Shown here: positions 38,135 through 51,636 of the stretch, one piece after another
Layout: the number at the start of each line of letters is the position of its first letter
Position numbering within the stretch: position 1 is the stretch's first letter
Origin: Lama glama
Lineage: Eukaryota
NCBI GenBank assembly: GCA_028534125.1
Contig: CM052818.1
Span: 9,922,001 to 9,986,000 of the forward strand
Direction of reading: 5' to 3'
Length of the DNA stretch: 64,000 nt
Program-made: the position numbers and the translations under genes
The notes under the pieces: generated by a model
Told to the model about the DNA's origin: nothing
Databases searched by the model: none
What the model saw: the letters and a program-made list of their open reading frames with translations, nothing else

Positions 38135-38322
38135 ACTCCAGTAGTCAGGAGCATGGGCTCTGGAGCAGACAGCTCAGCTCTAAATTCTGCTTCTTCAACC
38201 TTGAGCGAGTAGCTTAATCTCTCTGATCCTCCCTCCTTTATAAGAGGGCAATAACCACAGTGCTTACCTCAGAGAGTTGTTGTGAGGGGTAAAGGCGATG
38301 ATGCACAGAAAGCCTTAGCCTG
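38135..38322 (+). mobile_element. MIR SINE
   Basis: GAGCATGGGCTCTGGAGCAGAC...TACCTCAGAGAGTTGTTGTGAGG. Confidence 0.75.
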
Positions 38323-38603
38323 GTCAGTGGTGCTGAGCTCTGTGGCTTGGAGAATGGACATCACTGGACCCCCTGCCCCTGGCACAGGGCCCGGTGTTTA
38401 GGCAGCATCACTGAATCGAACCAAAACATACACTTTGCATTAATCCGAGGATGGTAAGTTTAAATGACTGAGAATTGAACATTATAAATGCTTCCCCCCG
38501 CCAAATTAAAGTAGCTATTGTCCTAATGATAAAAAGAAAAGCATTCTAAAATGCAAAAATACAAGAATAAAGTAAAATAAAGAATAAAGTAAATAAATTA
38601 AAA

Positions 38604-38708
38604 AAGGTGACCATATAATTTATCATATAAACAGGAACACTTTTGAGAGTGAACAGGCATGCTCTTGTAATAGACTGTCCCAGGCAAACCAGGAAATATG
38701 GTCACCCT
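38604..38708 (+). mobile_element. MER94-like hAT-Blackjack MITE
   Basis: TIRs GGTGACCATA / TATGGTCACC; internal ACACTTTTGAGAGTGAA. Confidence 0.85.
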
Positions 38709-39465
38709 ACCTATAAGCTTCACTCCCCAAAGATGACCATGGTTAGCATTTCTGTTACATGGTCTTCTAGTCTCTCTTTTTTTTTTTTCTTACAATTATG
38801 TTGTAAATACTATCTTCTAACTTGCTTTTCTTTTACTTAACAATATGTTTCAAGATCCTTTCATTGGTAAGTGTAGATTTTTACCACTATTTTTAATGAC
38901 TGCATACTCCATTTGGATGTACCGTAATTTATTTAACTCATCTCTATTGATGGATATTTAGATTGTTTTCAACTTTTGAGAACTATAAAATATTTATAAA
39001 GAAATTTCAAGTTGCTTTCTATCACCCTGTAGATTGGAATTTTGCAGGGACAAGATCCAGGTGGCCAATTTTTTCTCTAAGGTACTTTGTCCTTCACAAT
39101 GAATGTGTTTGTCACTTCCAGACTCTTAGTTACATCCTGTGGGCTGGCTAGCTGTTCTCCCTATGGGCATATGGGCATATCCCCTGTGTTAAATGGGGTT
39201 AAAAATAGAGCTTTTTAATTAAAACAACCAAGCATAAACAGTAACTAATATTATTGACAATTGTATTTAAATGGGTGACACAATTTAGTCAAGAGGTAAA
39301 GCATCATGAATGCGTGTCTTTAATTAGGTACCTTCCTTACTGGCCCTTAATTCTATTGCTGCTTGAATAAAATGTTCTGTTCATTCATTCATATGTTCAT
39401 TCATTTACAAACTACTGATCACACTCTTGTGCCACAAAGAAGCTTTCTTCAATCTAAATCAAATA

Positions 39466-39518
39466 CAGTAAAACCTCATTTATGTGGACGCCTCTGGTTC
39501 ATTAGAGGACTTTTACTG
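39466..39518. mobile_element. Tiny Tc1/mariner (Tigger-type) MITE remnant
   Basis: CAGTAAAA...TTTTACTG inverted ends flanked by TA on both sides. Confidence 0.6.
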
Positions 39519-40038
39519 TATTCATGCTTGGTGTCATTCACTCAAATCCCTCAATTTAATTGAGGATACCAGTTACTACCTCTGCCACTTGTATCCTGCC
39601 TGGAACTCCAAGGCACCTGAGCCCCTGGAGGTCCTTAGGGGATATAGTCAAGAGAAGTCTGTAACCTCCAAATGTGGGAACTCCATAGTAGCGCTTCTTG
39701 GGGAGTTTAGGGGAGAGGAAGACAGGTAGAGAAAAACAAAGCTGTGCTGAGATGCAGGTGCTGGCCACCACACAGAGACTCCAGCAGGTCACAGTAGCAC
39801 AGGATGCTGAGGATTTCTGGATGGACTGAGTATTTAACAATTGTTTCAAAGCAGGATAATGAGCCAAGACTTGAAAGCCTACTGGTAAAAAGACAATGAG
39901 AGTTCTAAGCCAAAAATGAAGAGATGTGTGAAAAGTACTTGGAGGAAATAAAAGCAATAGATGACAAAGTCAAACAGAAACGGGCTTATATTAGGCCCTG
40001 TCTTAAAACTGATGTGATATGAAGAAGCCCCAGGTGAG

Positions 40039-40675
40039 GGTATTCGTTTTTTTATTGCTGTGTAGCAACTTCCTTCCAACTTTGTGGCTGTAAACAATAC
40101 CTATTTATTACCTCACATTCGCTGTAGATTAGAACTCTGGGCACAGAAGAGTTGGGTTCTCTGTTCAGGGTTTCTTGCAAAGCTGAAATCAAGGTGTTGG
40201 CAGAGCTGTGTTCTTCTCTGGGGCTCAGGGTTCTCTCCCACGTTCATTCAGGGTGTTGGCAGAATTCAGCTCCCTGTGGTTGTAGGACAGAGCTCCATTT
40301 TCTTGCTGGCTATTGGCAGGGGTTACTCTCTGTTCCTAAGGCAGCTCTCAGCTCCACGCAACATGGCTCACTCCAGAAGCAGTTCCCAACATGGCTATTT
40401 GCTTTCTACCAGGCCAACAGGAGAGTGTCTGTGGCTGCTTCTTGTCTTTTTTCGGGACCCAGCTGATTAGGTCAGGCCTATCCAAGATAATCTCCCTCTT
40501 GATTAACTCAAAGTCATCTGCAAATCCCTTGTGCCATATAATGTAACATAATCACAGGAATGAGATGTCATTGTATTCACAGGTCCTGCCTAAACTCTAG
40601 GGGAATGTGTTATGCAGGACATGTACACCAGGGGGCAGGAATCGTGGGGGATATCTTAGAATTCTGCCCACCACA
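40039..40675 (-). mobile_element. MLT1E-like MaLR LTR
   Basis: GCTGAAATCAAGGTGTTGGC, TTGGCAGAATTCAG, GATTAACTCAAAGTCA, ends TTAGAATTCTGCCCACCACA. Confidence 0.88.
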
Positions 40676-43519
40676 AGATAATGCAAAACAACTGGAAAAA
40701 GCACTCTTATTGTGGGACTTAAGGTCACTTGGGTTTTTAAACAGGAATGCAGGAAACACAATGCATGCTGATGCAAATGTCCCTGAAATAACAATTATGA
40801 ACCTTTGAACAGCAGAATGAAAAATCTCCAGGAACTGTATCACTGGGCCATCCCCTTGGTTACAAGTCTCAGGTTACAGGGCAGTAAAGGAGAGGGAGTG
40901 TGGCAGGGTTCCAGTGGGAACGGCATTCCAGTTCTTTCTGCTGGGGCTCACTGAGCTCATTATCTAAGACTTCCAGTGAAGTCTTGAGGGACCATTCAGA
41001 TTAAAGACCACTGACAATGCCTAGGCCCCCTAAGAGAAAGTCTTTAGGGAGGGGGCTCTTAGCAGAGGATGGTCAGGATGGTGTGTGGCTTCTGGAGCCA
41101 TGCAGGTGTGTGTGGGAGTGGGGTGATAGGGAGATGTGGCCAAATGTCAATTTAACCCTCAATAGCTAAGATAAGAGTGCGTACCTTTATCCTCCATGCT
41201 CACTTTTAAGGGATAGACACCCAAGATGTTGCATATGAAAAGGCGGCTCCATCCCAGACCCGCTCCCCTCTTGCCCACCATGAGGTTCCTGTGTGTGGAC
41301 CAATGCAGTGCCCTCGTGGAAGCTTCAAGAGTATCAGTCACCATGTTACACAGGACTACCCTTTATCTCAACTACCCTTTATCTCACAAATCTCAGGCTG
41401 CTAAGTGCTCCATCATCACAATCATCCATGTTCCTTCAGGGCTCAAAGTCAAGGGAGAGGGGAAGCAGGGGGTTGTCAGGGTCCTTCCCGTTCTGAAGAG
41501 ATGCCCTACTCAGCTAGACTCCAGCAGGGGAGGGGAGCAGGAATCCTCATAACCATGGGAACCAAGTAGATACATCCAGATACAGAGACTTGGGCTTCCA
41601 GTTAAGGACATTTGAGGTCCCCGCCTCTGAAACTCATGTCCTTGGTGGCCACTGTCCTGCGTTGTGGATTGAACCACTTAAACTCATGTTCACAAAACTG
41701 GTGGACAAACTTTCATTTGCAACTACTGAATGCCATCAGCATCAGGAAAAGGCCATGGTGGAACCAAAAAGCAACAACATTCTGAAACACCAGAGCCCAG
41801 AGGAACATAACCCACCCCCGCCTGGGAAACTACAAAGTGGTGGAGCAGTGCTGATGCCTGTTGGGTTTTATGGTTGCCCCAATGCTAGGTGTACTTGTCA
41901 GGGACATGAATTACCCCACGGTGCAGTGCTCAAGACTTAAATAAATGCTTCAGTAGAGCAGCAGCTGACACTGTCATGGCCTTCAGCGTCACTCAGGAAG
42001 ATTGCTCCGTTATAGGCAAGACTTGAGGATCAGCTGTTTTCTCTGCAAGGAGGCCTGGGCTGAAAAATTAGAAGGAAGCAGGGCCTAGCTCCATGCCTGT
42101 CGTCTAAGTCCTACTATCTGCCAGGAACTATTTTAAGTGATGGGCATAAGTATGGTGATCACTTGTTTACAGATAGGGAAGCTAAGGAAGGCTTAGAGAA
42201 GTCAATTGCTTGAGATCGTATGAACAGTAAGTGGCAAAGCTGGGATTTGCACCAAGTCAGCAGAGGGTCAGCACCCTTGTGCTTGGGGCCAGGCAGCTCT
42301 GGCCTCCTGCCACGTGCTGTGCTGCCCGGACAGAACACTCACAGAATCTGGCACTGTTTTTCAATGCAGGTAATACTCATAAATTGGGTAAAGACGTCTA
42401 GTGCACTGAGGACAGTAAAAGGGAATGTAGGGTGTCTGGGTCTCTGCCTGCAGGATTACTGATTGAAGTATTACAGAAATGCCACTCTCCACTTCAGGGC
42501 TATTGGTACTTGCAGCGCCAGATGGCTGTCCTCAGGGTTCACTGCAGCCGAACATAAATATAAACCCCACCATTTCCAAGGGTGGTGCCGATGATGCCCA
42601 GGTGTGTGGTTCTGGAGCAATTTTGCTGCAAGTAAATCAGTAGGTCCATATTAGAAGACACGTGCTAATTTATTGCAGCGAGATTTTATGTCTTAGTCAG
42701 TCATTAGCAAGATTTTGTACCAGAAATTCTTTCCTCTTTAATCTTGGTGGGATTGGTATTACACATAACTCGACTATTAAGACAAGAATATCTTGCAGAT
42801 AGGGAGGTCGTTAATCTAAAGGGTTTTTGCAGTGTGAAATGCAAATGCTCGGTGACAGGTATGCTGAGATCCCCCAAAGCCTGCTTAATCTGCCATAAAG
42901 GGATCTAAGGAAAGGTTTGATTGTTTTGTTAACACAAATAAGAAGCCCTTCCGCAGCTCTGCTCTCTTTGCAGCTCCAATTCTTTTACCATTTGTTCAGA
43001 TAGACTTTCCAGCCCCTAGAGGGCCAGTTCATCAACACCTCCTTTCCCTCTGTGTTCCCAATGACAGACCTGGGATTTGGTGTCTACATTCACAGAAGGT
43101 GAGGGTAAAGCAAAGACACTCTCTCTCCGCTGTCTTCTCTGCAGGCCCCTGTGACCAGCTCTTCCTTGTCTACGCCTCCCTCTGGGGCAGCACATCTGGA
43201 TGTTTCCACACATGGCTTCTGGGTTGATGGTGCCATTGGTCAACTCTGGGAGACAGCAAGGTCCCCCCTGAGTCATCCTTGCAGGAAGCCAGGAGTCAGG
43301 CGGTTCTGATTCTAACCCAGCTTTGCCACAAAGTAGCTGCGTCTCCTTCGCCAAATCATCCTTCTTGCCTCAGTTTCCCAGACTGGGACTAATGGTTGCT
43401 GAAGTCCTTCCAGCTTTAAATATGCTCCAGCAACCTCTGCTCTGCACTGTGCAGAGGCCCTCAATAAAGTCTCATAATTAGTTCATTTTACTCAGTGTGA
43501 TACGCCTCCTAATGTTTGT

Positions 43520-43720
43520 CACAATGGCCCAGGGCTCTGGTGTTGGACTTAGTTCAAATCCTGGCTCTGAGTGACCTTGGGCAAATTTTGTAACCTGTCT
43601 ATGCCTAAGTTCTCTCATCTAATAACAGCACCAATCTCATAAAGAACTTGTGAGATTTACATAAGGTAATGTGCATAAATTACTTAACACAATTCTTGGT
43701 ATACACTAAATACTACATGT
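43520..43720 (+). mobile_element. MIR SINE (further MIR/MIR3 pieces at ~42105-42262 and ~43290-43420)
   Basis: GTTCAAATCCTGGCTCTG.GTGACCTTGGGCAAAT core. Confidence 0.75.
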
Positions 43721-45337
43721 TAACTGTTTTATTGATTTTATTGTTCTCTAGAACTTGGAAAAACTACAGGCTTAAATTTCAAGCAAACCACTTGACCCAC
43801 CAAAAAATAATTAATCTCTATTTGGAGACTGGTATAGAAAGGGGTCGAACCCCATCTACTCCCTGTACCCAACGTTCTTACGAGAGTATTTCCTTCACTT
43901 GGGAGGATGAAGAGGCGGACGAGAACTTCTCTGGGCTTTGCCGCAAGCCCTCCTGAGGCTGGCCCACGATCTGCCCCTGTCCTGCCTTCTGGTGCCCATA
44001 GATGCCTCTGTCCCCCAGGTGTCCAACTTTGCAGTGCAGCTTTCTGGCTCTCCCACCCTCAGAACCCGTGGAGCACTTGTAGAGCCTTCAATATTCTTGT
44101 GGTACCAAAGGATCTTTGTGTCTTTCTTCTCCCCACCCCCAGCCCCTCGTCATTTTCTCTCCCTCCTCCTTGGCTCCACCCTCTCCCATTTTCCTCCTCA
44201 GGGAGCCCCTTCCGGTTTGTCTCTCCATCTTCTTCTCATCCCTAAAGAGTCCTCCAAGGACACATCCACAATGGTCTCAGCTTAGTGCCTTGCAAAAAAA
44301 AAAAAAAATTCAGTCCCTTTGCACCTTTCAGGAAAACCATCAGCCCAAAAAGTTTAGGGAAAAAATTCATTATCTTTAATAGGATTTCGTTACCAGGCCC
44401 AGCCAGGAGGGACCCAAGTTCCCAAGAAATCTAAATTAATAAATGCCCTACTGAGGGGTGGGGGTGGGGGTAGGGATGAGGAGACATAAACTGAGATACG
44501 ATCTCTTTTTGAGCTTTGCAATGAAGGGTGAGAGTCTTGCACAGAAAACCTAAAATGTCGTCAAGCTAGGAAAAAGGATTTAAAGCATCCCTGAGAACCC
44601 CAGGACTGTTTGGAATCCATTTTGAGCAAAGTGGAAATATCTGGATGAGCGAAACGGCTGCTTTCTTTTAACTGGCATCTGGTTGATCAGGGACTGTTAT
44701 CTACGATCATGAGAGGGTTGTCAGGAAAGTCAGCGTGTAGAACATTTCACTAACAAATTCCTAATTTCATCTGTGCCAGCTACAAAACTTATTGTACTCA
44801 TTTTGTCTCTTGAACGAAAGAGCAACTGGCGGGTACCTTTGGGGTCTCGGAAGAAGATTTAGAGAGGTTTGTTAGTCTATTAGAAAGAGGAGGGAGCGGT
44901 TCTTCCCTTCAGCTGTAAACTCTAGAGAAGTCTATTAGAAACTCTCCATGTAGAGCTCGAATCGCCCTCCCCTCTGATTCAATCACCCCGAGTCATTAGG
45001 CTGGTTGAACACCACTTCAGACTGTGCGCTATAAATAATTAAAACGTAGAAACATGTGCGGTCACCTGACTCAGCCCCACGAGGAAGCGGTAATGCAGAG
45101 GATGTCTGACTTTGTGCCGAGCTTCTTCCTGACGGCCAGGATTTTCAAACTGCATCTCTAGTCCCAGCCTCGTCCTCTAAGCAACAGCCCCACATTTCAA
45201 ACCAGCACCATCCTGGTATTTGCTGCACCCAACAAACTCCATGGAGTGAACTTTGAAACTAGAACCCACCCCTCTTGGCTAGCTCTTCCTCCTGATGTTG
45301 TATTTCAAGACTGTACTCCAATCTTGAAGCCACTGAG

Positions 45338-46333
45338 CATGGCAGATGGTGTTCTCCAAAAAGGGTCATGTAATAGTTCCCTAGGTCTGCTGTAGCAAGT
45401 GACCACAAATGTGGTGGCTTCAAACTACAGAAATGTATTCTTCCACTGTTTTGGAGGCCAGAAGTCCAAAATCCAGGTGTCATCAGGGCCGTGCTTCCTC
45501 CGAAGGCTCTAGGGATGGGCTTCCCTTGCCTCTTCCAGCTTTTGCTGGCTCCAGGCATTCCTTGGCTTGTGGCAGCATAACTCCAGTCTCTGCCTCTGTC
45601 TTCACATGGCTTTCTTCTCTGTCTGTGTGTCATCTCCTCTTTTTGTAAAGACATCAATCATCGGGTTTAGGGCCCACCCTAATCCAGAATGACTTCACCT
45701 TAATTACATCCACAAAGATCCTGTTTCCAAATAAAGTCACATTCTGAGGTGTGGACAGACAGGAATTTTGGAAGGACACTATTTAAACCCAGACAGGCTT
45801 TGTTAGTATTTCCTGTCCCATGTACACTTCCAGAACCTTGCCACTCTCCCATTAGAGGTGGAGTCTACAGCCCCTCCCCTTGAACTGGGTGGGCCTTTGT
45901 GCTGGCTTCAATGACAGAGAACAGCAGAAGTGATGATGTGTAACTTTTGAGGCTGGGCCATAAAAGACATACAGCTTCTATGTACCTCTCTTTCTTATGA
46001 CGCTTGTCCTTGGAATGAACCACCATGCTCTGAGGAAGCCCAGGCACATGAAGGGGACAACACGAAGAGATACTGTGGGCTCCCACCCCTCAAGCCCAGC
46101 TGAGCTCCCAGAGACCGTCAGCATCAAGGTGCCAGTCGTGTGAGTGAGCCATCTGGAAAAAGGGTCCTCCAGCCCTCAGTCAGCTGCCTCGACTGATGCT
46201 GCATGGAGCATAGAGGAGCCTTTCCTGCTGAGCCCTACCCAAATTGCGTATGTCTAAGCAAAATAAAGGATTGTTGTTTTAAGCCACTAAGTTTCAGAGT
46301 GGTTTTTACACAACATTAGATACCTGGAACACA
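45338..46333 (+). mobile_element. MLT1G/H-like MaLR LTR, interrupted near its 5' end by MLT1C
   Basis: Starts ATGGCAGATGGTGTTCTCCAAA and resumes at ~45796. AGAGGTGGAGTCTA..CCTCCCCTTGAA; ends TTTAAGCCACTAAGTTT...GATACCTGGAACA. Confidence 0.8.
45369..45795 (-). mobile_element. MLT1C/B-like MaLR LTR
   Basis: GGAGGCCAGAAGTCCAAAATC.AGGTGT, TTTAGGGCCCACCCTAATCCAG, TTTCCAAATAAAGTCACATTCTGAGG. TG...CA ends. Confidence 0.9.
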
Positions 46334-46339
46334 CAGCAT

Positions 46340-47345
46340 AAAAACCTTTGCAGCACTGTAACTCCTCTGTCCTCAGTGCCCTCTAACCAGTGAGTCTACA
46401 AGTCTGTTCTCTTCCTCCTGTGCCCACTTAGCCAGGCATCTAATTATTTCACTCTGGATTGCATCTTTAGCATCTTTAGCATCTTTAGTCCAGGCCTCTG
46501 GACTTTGGTCCCCCTTTCCTCCATCCTACCAAACGATATCTAGTGCATTTTGATCTTGCCACTGTCTTGCTCAAAATTCATTGATGGATCTCCATTGTTT
46601 ATAGCCTTTCCTTGCATTTCTTAACTAAGAGATAAGACTTCTTTAATCTGGCCTCAGTTTACCTTTCCTACCTTATCTCCTATGTCTTCGCCATAAGGAT
46701 TCTCTGCTCTTAACAAATCAGACTATTCACCATTCCAAACACATCTTGAACTTGCTCTTCTCCCTTGGTACCTTGGTTTGCTTTTTCAACTTTTAATAAT
46801 GCTTTTTATGCACCTATTCATGCCAGGCAATGTGCAGTAAACTAAGGAATACTGGAACACTGCCCTCCCCCGCCTTCTCACTTCATCTAACTGAAATTCT
46901 ACTCTTATTCCAAGGCTCTGTTCCAAACCTCACCTCCTCCATGAAGCTTTCCCAGATCCCTCAGCCAAAAATGATCTTTGCTTTCCTCTGAACTCATCTT
47001 ACATCTTCTTCTCCAGTCAAGCCAAGTCTGTGACTACACCAAGCTTTCCCAAGCCTCTTGGCCACTGCATGTGCTGCATGTTTTTCCTTCACCCTTTTCC
47101 GACTGTCTAACATGCACTAGCCTTCATACCTCAATTCAGATACCATTTCCTTTGAGAAATTTTCTGTGATCCACTTGCTCTGTTTTACAATTCCCAATAT
47201 ATGATTACCCTAGGCACAGGAGAGATCCCGTGCCTATCTCTGTGGTTCTGGAAGGGCATGGATTAGTTTTACTCCTGTATCCCATGGACTCAGCCCATAG
47301 AGAAGGCTCCATATATGTTTGTTGAATGACTGAATGTTGAATACA
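46340..47345 (+). mobile_element. L2 3' fragments
   Basis: C/T-rich L2 motifs (TCACCTCCTCCATGAAGCTTTCCC), ending in TGTTGAATGACTGAATG. Confidence 0.7.
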
Positions 47346-49929
47346 AGAGGAACTCACTAGGAATATCTCAAAGGCCTTTCAATATGGCTGGATACAGGAA
47401 AACTATTTGGAAATGAGGCTTTGCTTAGCTTTAAAGATTCATGGCTATATTTCAGGTTCCTTGAGTTGATTTTTGAGCTAGGCTCCAGGTGAAGGAAATC
47501 TATACATATTTTTTTCACTGTATCCCAAGCACATTTTGGTAATGAAGAAACATTTCAACTAGAAGACAATTCCTTTAACGTTTTGCTAATTATCCTTTGT
47601 TCTCTGTGTAAAAGTCTTATCTCTTCGACTAAATTATAAAGTTTTCAAACATAGAGACTGCATATTCTTTATCTTTTCATTCTCTTAGAGCTCCTATTTT
47701 GTATTGGGAACATAGAAGCCCCTCAATATTTATTCAGCAGATTTTTGTGGGGAGATATGACTAACCCTCCTAAATTTGTCAGTTTCCTTTGAAAAAACTG
47801 CTTTTGTGTGTATCAGTCTAAAAGATGCTTCCTTCCCTTGAATGGATGGATAGTGAAGCTCTTGGACTTGGACTATTAGAAGAAGTGAACGCTAAAGAGA
47901 ATTTCATTCTGGGAGGAAACCCCATCTCATATTCTTTAACTTGTCTTTCCTTTTGGGAATAGGATTGTGAACCTTGAGTTTCCCGGGATGTCATGATACA
48001 TCCTGGGGTTCCATCATACAAGGCTCTCCCCCTCCCCTCCAACTCCTGATGTGTCCCTGGAGACTGAAAACATTACTGTGGGAGAGAGGTAAGCTCTTTA
48101 AAGCATCCAAGTTTCAAGCTAGATTTAGATGACCTCTCTTAGGCTCTAATATTAAATTTGAGACTCTTGAGAGCATCTGTTGAGGGAATCCATCATCCTT
48201 TTATTTTGTATTTCCTGGGTTTCACTCAATATTATGACTCTAGGGGAAAAAAATACCATGACTAGTACTTGAAATGCTGGCACCTATAGTATCTTGAGTT
48301 AATGTTACTTGCAGCTTTATCCAGGAACAATTCTGCCATGAAATACTCCGCTCTAAGAGAAACGAGACTACTGAGAAGGATTCTTTTGAGTGTCTCTGGC
48401 ATGCCGAGAGGCGATGGGGATCTGTGTGTGTGTGTGTGTGTGGGAAAGTGAGGGGGTGATAAATTGTGTGCTACCTTTCCTTTAAGAGCATGTCCTTTTA
48501 TTCCTGACACTTAAAAAGACACTGTCAAAAAGATGTTTTACTGATTTGACTTTCTGTGCAGGAGAACGTGCAACAGTTACCTAGTAAGTGGTTTTATAGG
48601 GAGTTTCACCCACACGTTATAATAAACTGAGCCCAAAGATAACATATCTTTTGTGCTTTTACAGTGCTTGGATGATAACTGTGAAAAATTATCTAGTGGA
48701 GGTTAGCAAACTGTACCTGTGGTCTTTTTCTCATGACCTCTGTATGATAAAGTTTACTATCTTGGAGCATGATGCATTGTCAAATAATAGGTTTGCTTGT
48801 CTGGCCAACAAGAAGTAATTGAGGAGTGTTATAGTTTTATAATCCGTGTTTCAATGACTCTGCTGCTTTTGAGTTGTTAGACCTGAACAAAATGGGTCAA
48901 TGTTGAAAGAATAAAGTTTTTTCTCTTTCCCCCTCCCCCATCTCCCACCTTCTTTATGGAGGTGTTTTGAAAGGGAAGGGGGCTGGACTACGATGATTCT
49001 CTCCCCATGCATCCCAGCTTTCATCTGGGGCTTGAGGTGGGAGATTTTGGTCCTAGTTCAATGACTGAGAGCAAATTTGGACTCGACTTGCCAACAAATA
49101 TCTATTGAGCACCCTTGCCTTCCTTCTGTCCTTGGAGAGGAAACAGGCTAACAAGCTTATTTTGGTTTAAGGATTCTTTGGACCTCAGATCTATGTCTTT
49201 ACAGAACAATTTTCCCTGAATGTTCTTGTTGGGAGCAGATTAAAGTTGAGTGACCTGGATGATCCAGGATGGGTAGCACATTAAAGAGCATTTGATTTTG
49301 CAACATTCCGTTTTCTCTGGGGTTAGGCCTCGCCTGGCATTTTACAATGTGTATTCCATATGGCACTAGTTCCATGAGATGCTTTGTGATGAAGCGAGTT
49401 TGGGAAACACTGTGCACCTATTCTAAATTCTTATTTTAGGTTTGCCTCATGGTGGTGATTAGCGTATTAAAGGCTTGCAGAAGTCTAATAGCAGAGAAAC
49501 ATCTTAGTTTTTGCATTTCCCAAGGATGCTCACAGAATCCCACCCCACCCCCCAATACCCTGAAGAGCTAGTGCACTGCACAATGTATTTGGGGGAATTC
49601 TGAAGAACCAAGCTTTTGGTTTTTTATAAATACAGCAATCATACTTTCCAGAAAGAAACTACTGACAGGTCAATCTCTGCTTCCTCCCACCAACACTATA
49701 CACATACGCACTTGTCTTAGAAATTTTTTTTTTCCAATAGCCTATTAAGATAAAAAATTCAGAGCTTTCTCATGCATAGGAAGAGTTATTTTACTGCTTT
49801 GGGGGCCAAGGAGATCTTAGGAAAATAAATAAGATAAATGACTAGGATTTACATTTGTGTAGGAATGTTTGATGGACTTATTTATATTTTCTGATGGTAT
49901 TGGTTACTAGAAATGCAAGGGAAGTATAA

Positions 49930-50962
49930 TGGACTGGTATTCAAAATAAGTGAAGAATTCTTAAAACTCAACAATAAGAAAACAAACAACTCAATTATAA
50001 AATATTAAGGCCAAAGACCTTAACAGATACCTCATCACAAGATATAAGGATGGCAAATAAGCATATGAAAAGATGCTCCACAGCATATGTCATTAGGGAA
50101 ATGCAAATTAAAATGAGATACCACTACACACCTACTTGAATGGCCAAAATTTGGAACACTCACAATACCAAATGTTGGCAAGAATATAAAGCAACAGGTA
50201 CTCTCATTCATTGCTGATGAGAATGTAAAATAGTATACCCACATGGGAAGACAGTTTGGCAGTTTCTTACAAACTAAACATACAGTTGCCATACAATCCA
50301 GGAATCGTGCTCCTGGGTATTCACCTAAAGGAGCTGAAAACTTATGTTCATGTAAAAACCTGCACACAGATGTTTATAGCAGCTTTATTCATAACCGTCT
50401 AAACTTGGAAGCAACCATGCTGTCCTTCGGTAAGTGAATGGGTAAACTGGTATATCTAGAAAATGGAGTATTACTTAGCACTAAAATGAAATGAGCTTTC
50501 AAGCCATGAAAAGATACGGAGGAATCTTAAATGCGTTACTAAGTGAAAGAAGCCAGTCTGAAAAAGCTATACGCCATATGAGTCCAACAATATGACATTC
50601 TGGAAAAGACAAAACTATGGAGACAATAAGATCAGTGCTGGCCAGGGGTTAGGGTGGGGAAAGAGATGAAAAGGAGATGCACAGAGGATTTTTAGGGTGA
50701 TGCTACAATGATGGGTACATTTGTCCAAACCCATAAAATGTACAACACTAAAGGTGAACTCTACAATCAATTATGGGCTTTGGGTGATTATGATGTGTCA
50801 GTGGAGCTTCACCAATTGTAACAAACATGTCACTCTCATGAGGAATGCTGATAATGGGAGACTATGCATGTGTGGGGCAGGTGGTATGTGGGAAATCTCT
50901 CTACTTTACTCTCAATTTTGCTGTGAACCTAAAACTGCTCTAAAAAAAAAAGTCAGAAAAAA
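49930..50962 (+). mobile_element. L1MC1/L1MB-like ORF2 end and 3'UTR
   Basis: CATATGAAAAGATGCTC..GTCATTAGGGAAATGCAAATTAAAA; TGACATTCTGGAAAAGACAAAACTATGGAGACA; ends CTGTGAACCTAAAACTGCTCTAAAAAAAA. Confidence 0.92.
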
Positions 50963-51636
50963 ATGCAAGGAGGGGCCTGCTGGGTCTAGGGGAGACTCTA
51001 CTCTAAACAACAAAAGTGTTAGTTATGATTGGCTAAATTCAGCAATAGGGGTCTGGGGACTAAAAGGGAATGGTGGTCTTTTTCTGGTGTGCTGGCTACT
51101 ACCTCCATGTGTCCCTCTGGTGGTGGCATCCTCCCTGCAGAAGGAAGGCTGTGTGCCTCAAGTTCAAGGAGCCTAAACACTGCTTTAATACACCTCTAGA
51201 AGATACTAACAGAGGGAAGGACAGCTGCTAGATAGAGAGACAACGACAAGACCCCAGAGTGTGTAACTCAGTGGCCAAGAAGTGAACAATGATGGCAGCT
51301 TGGGCAGTGTCTGAAGCATGAAGGTGGGGCCTTGGAGATGAGCAGTGGCAGCTGTGAGGCATGCAGAAAGGTGATAGGATTAAATCGGCAGTGCTGTGGG
51401 CACTGCCCCCTTCTCAGGGGGTTGGGAATCTTGAAAACGGACCTTGGGTACAGTAGAAACTAGCTCCACTATATTAACAGGACTCAATTTTATCCACAGG
51501 GGCAAGGCTCATGGACATCCTTCCCATTACTCAAATAATTACACACCCAGCCAGTCCAGCCCAACTATTTCAGAAAGAAGAGACAAGCACCACAGGGAGT
51601 GCAGCTGGGACATCCTTTCAGAACCCTTAGGATGGC

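Noticed and set aside
40084..40470. 128-aa and 104-aa ORFs
   Set aside because: Entirely within an antisense MLT1E LTR. The same applies to 45259-45657 in MLT1C.
50035..51176. ORFs of 110, 64 and 151 aa
   Set aside because: Derived from L1 ORF2 end/3'UTR sequence.
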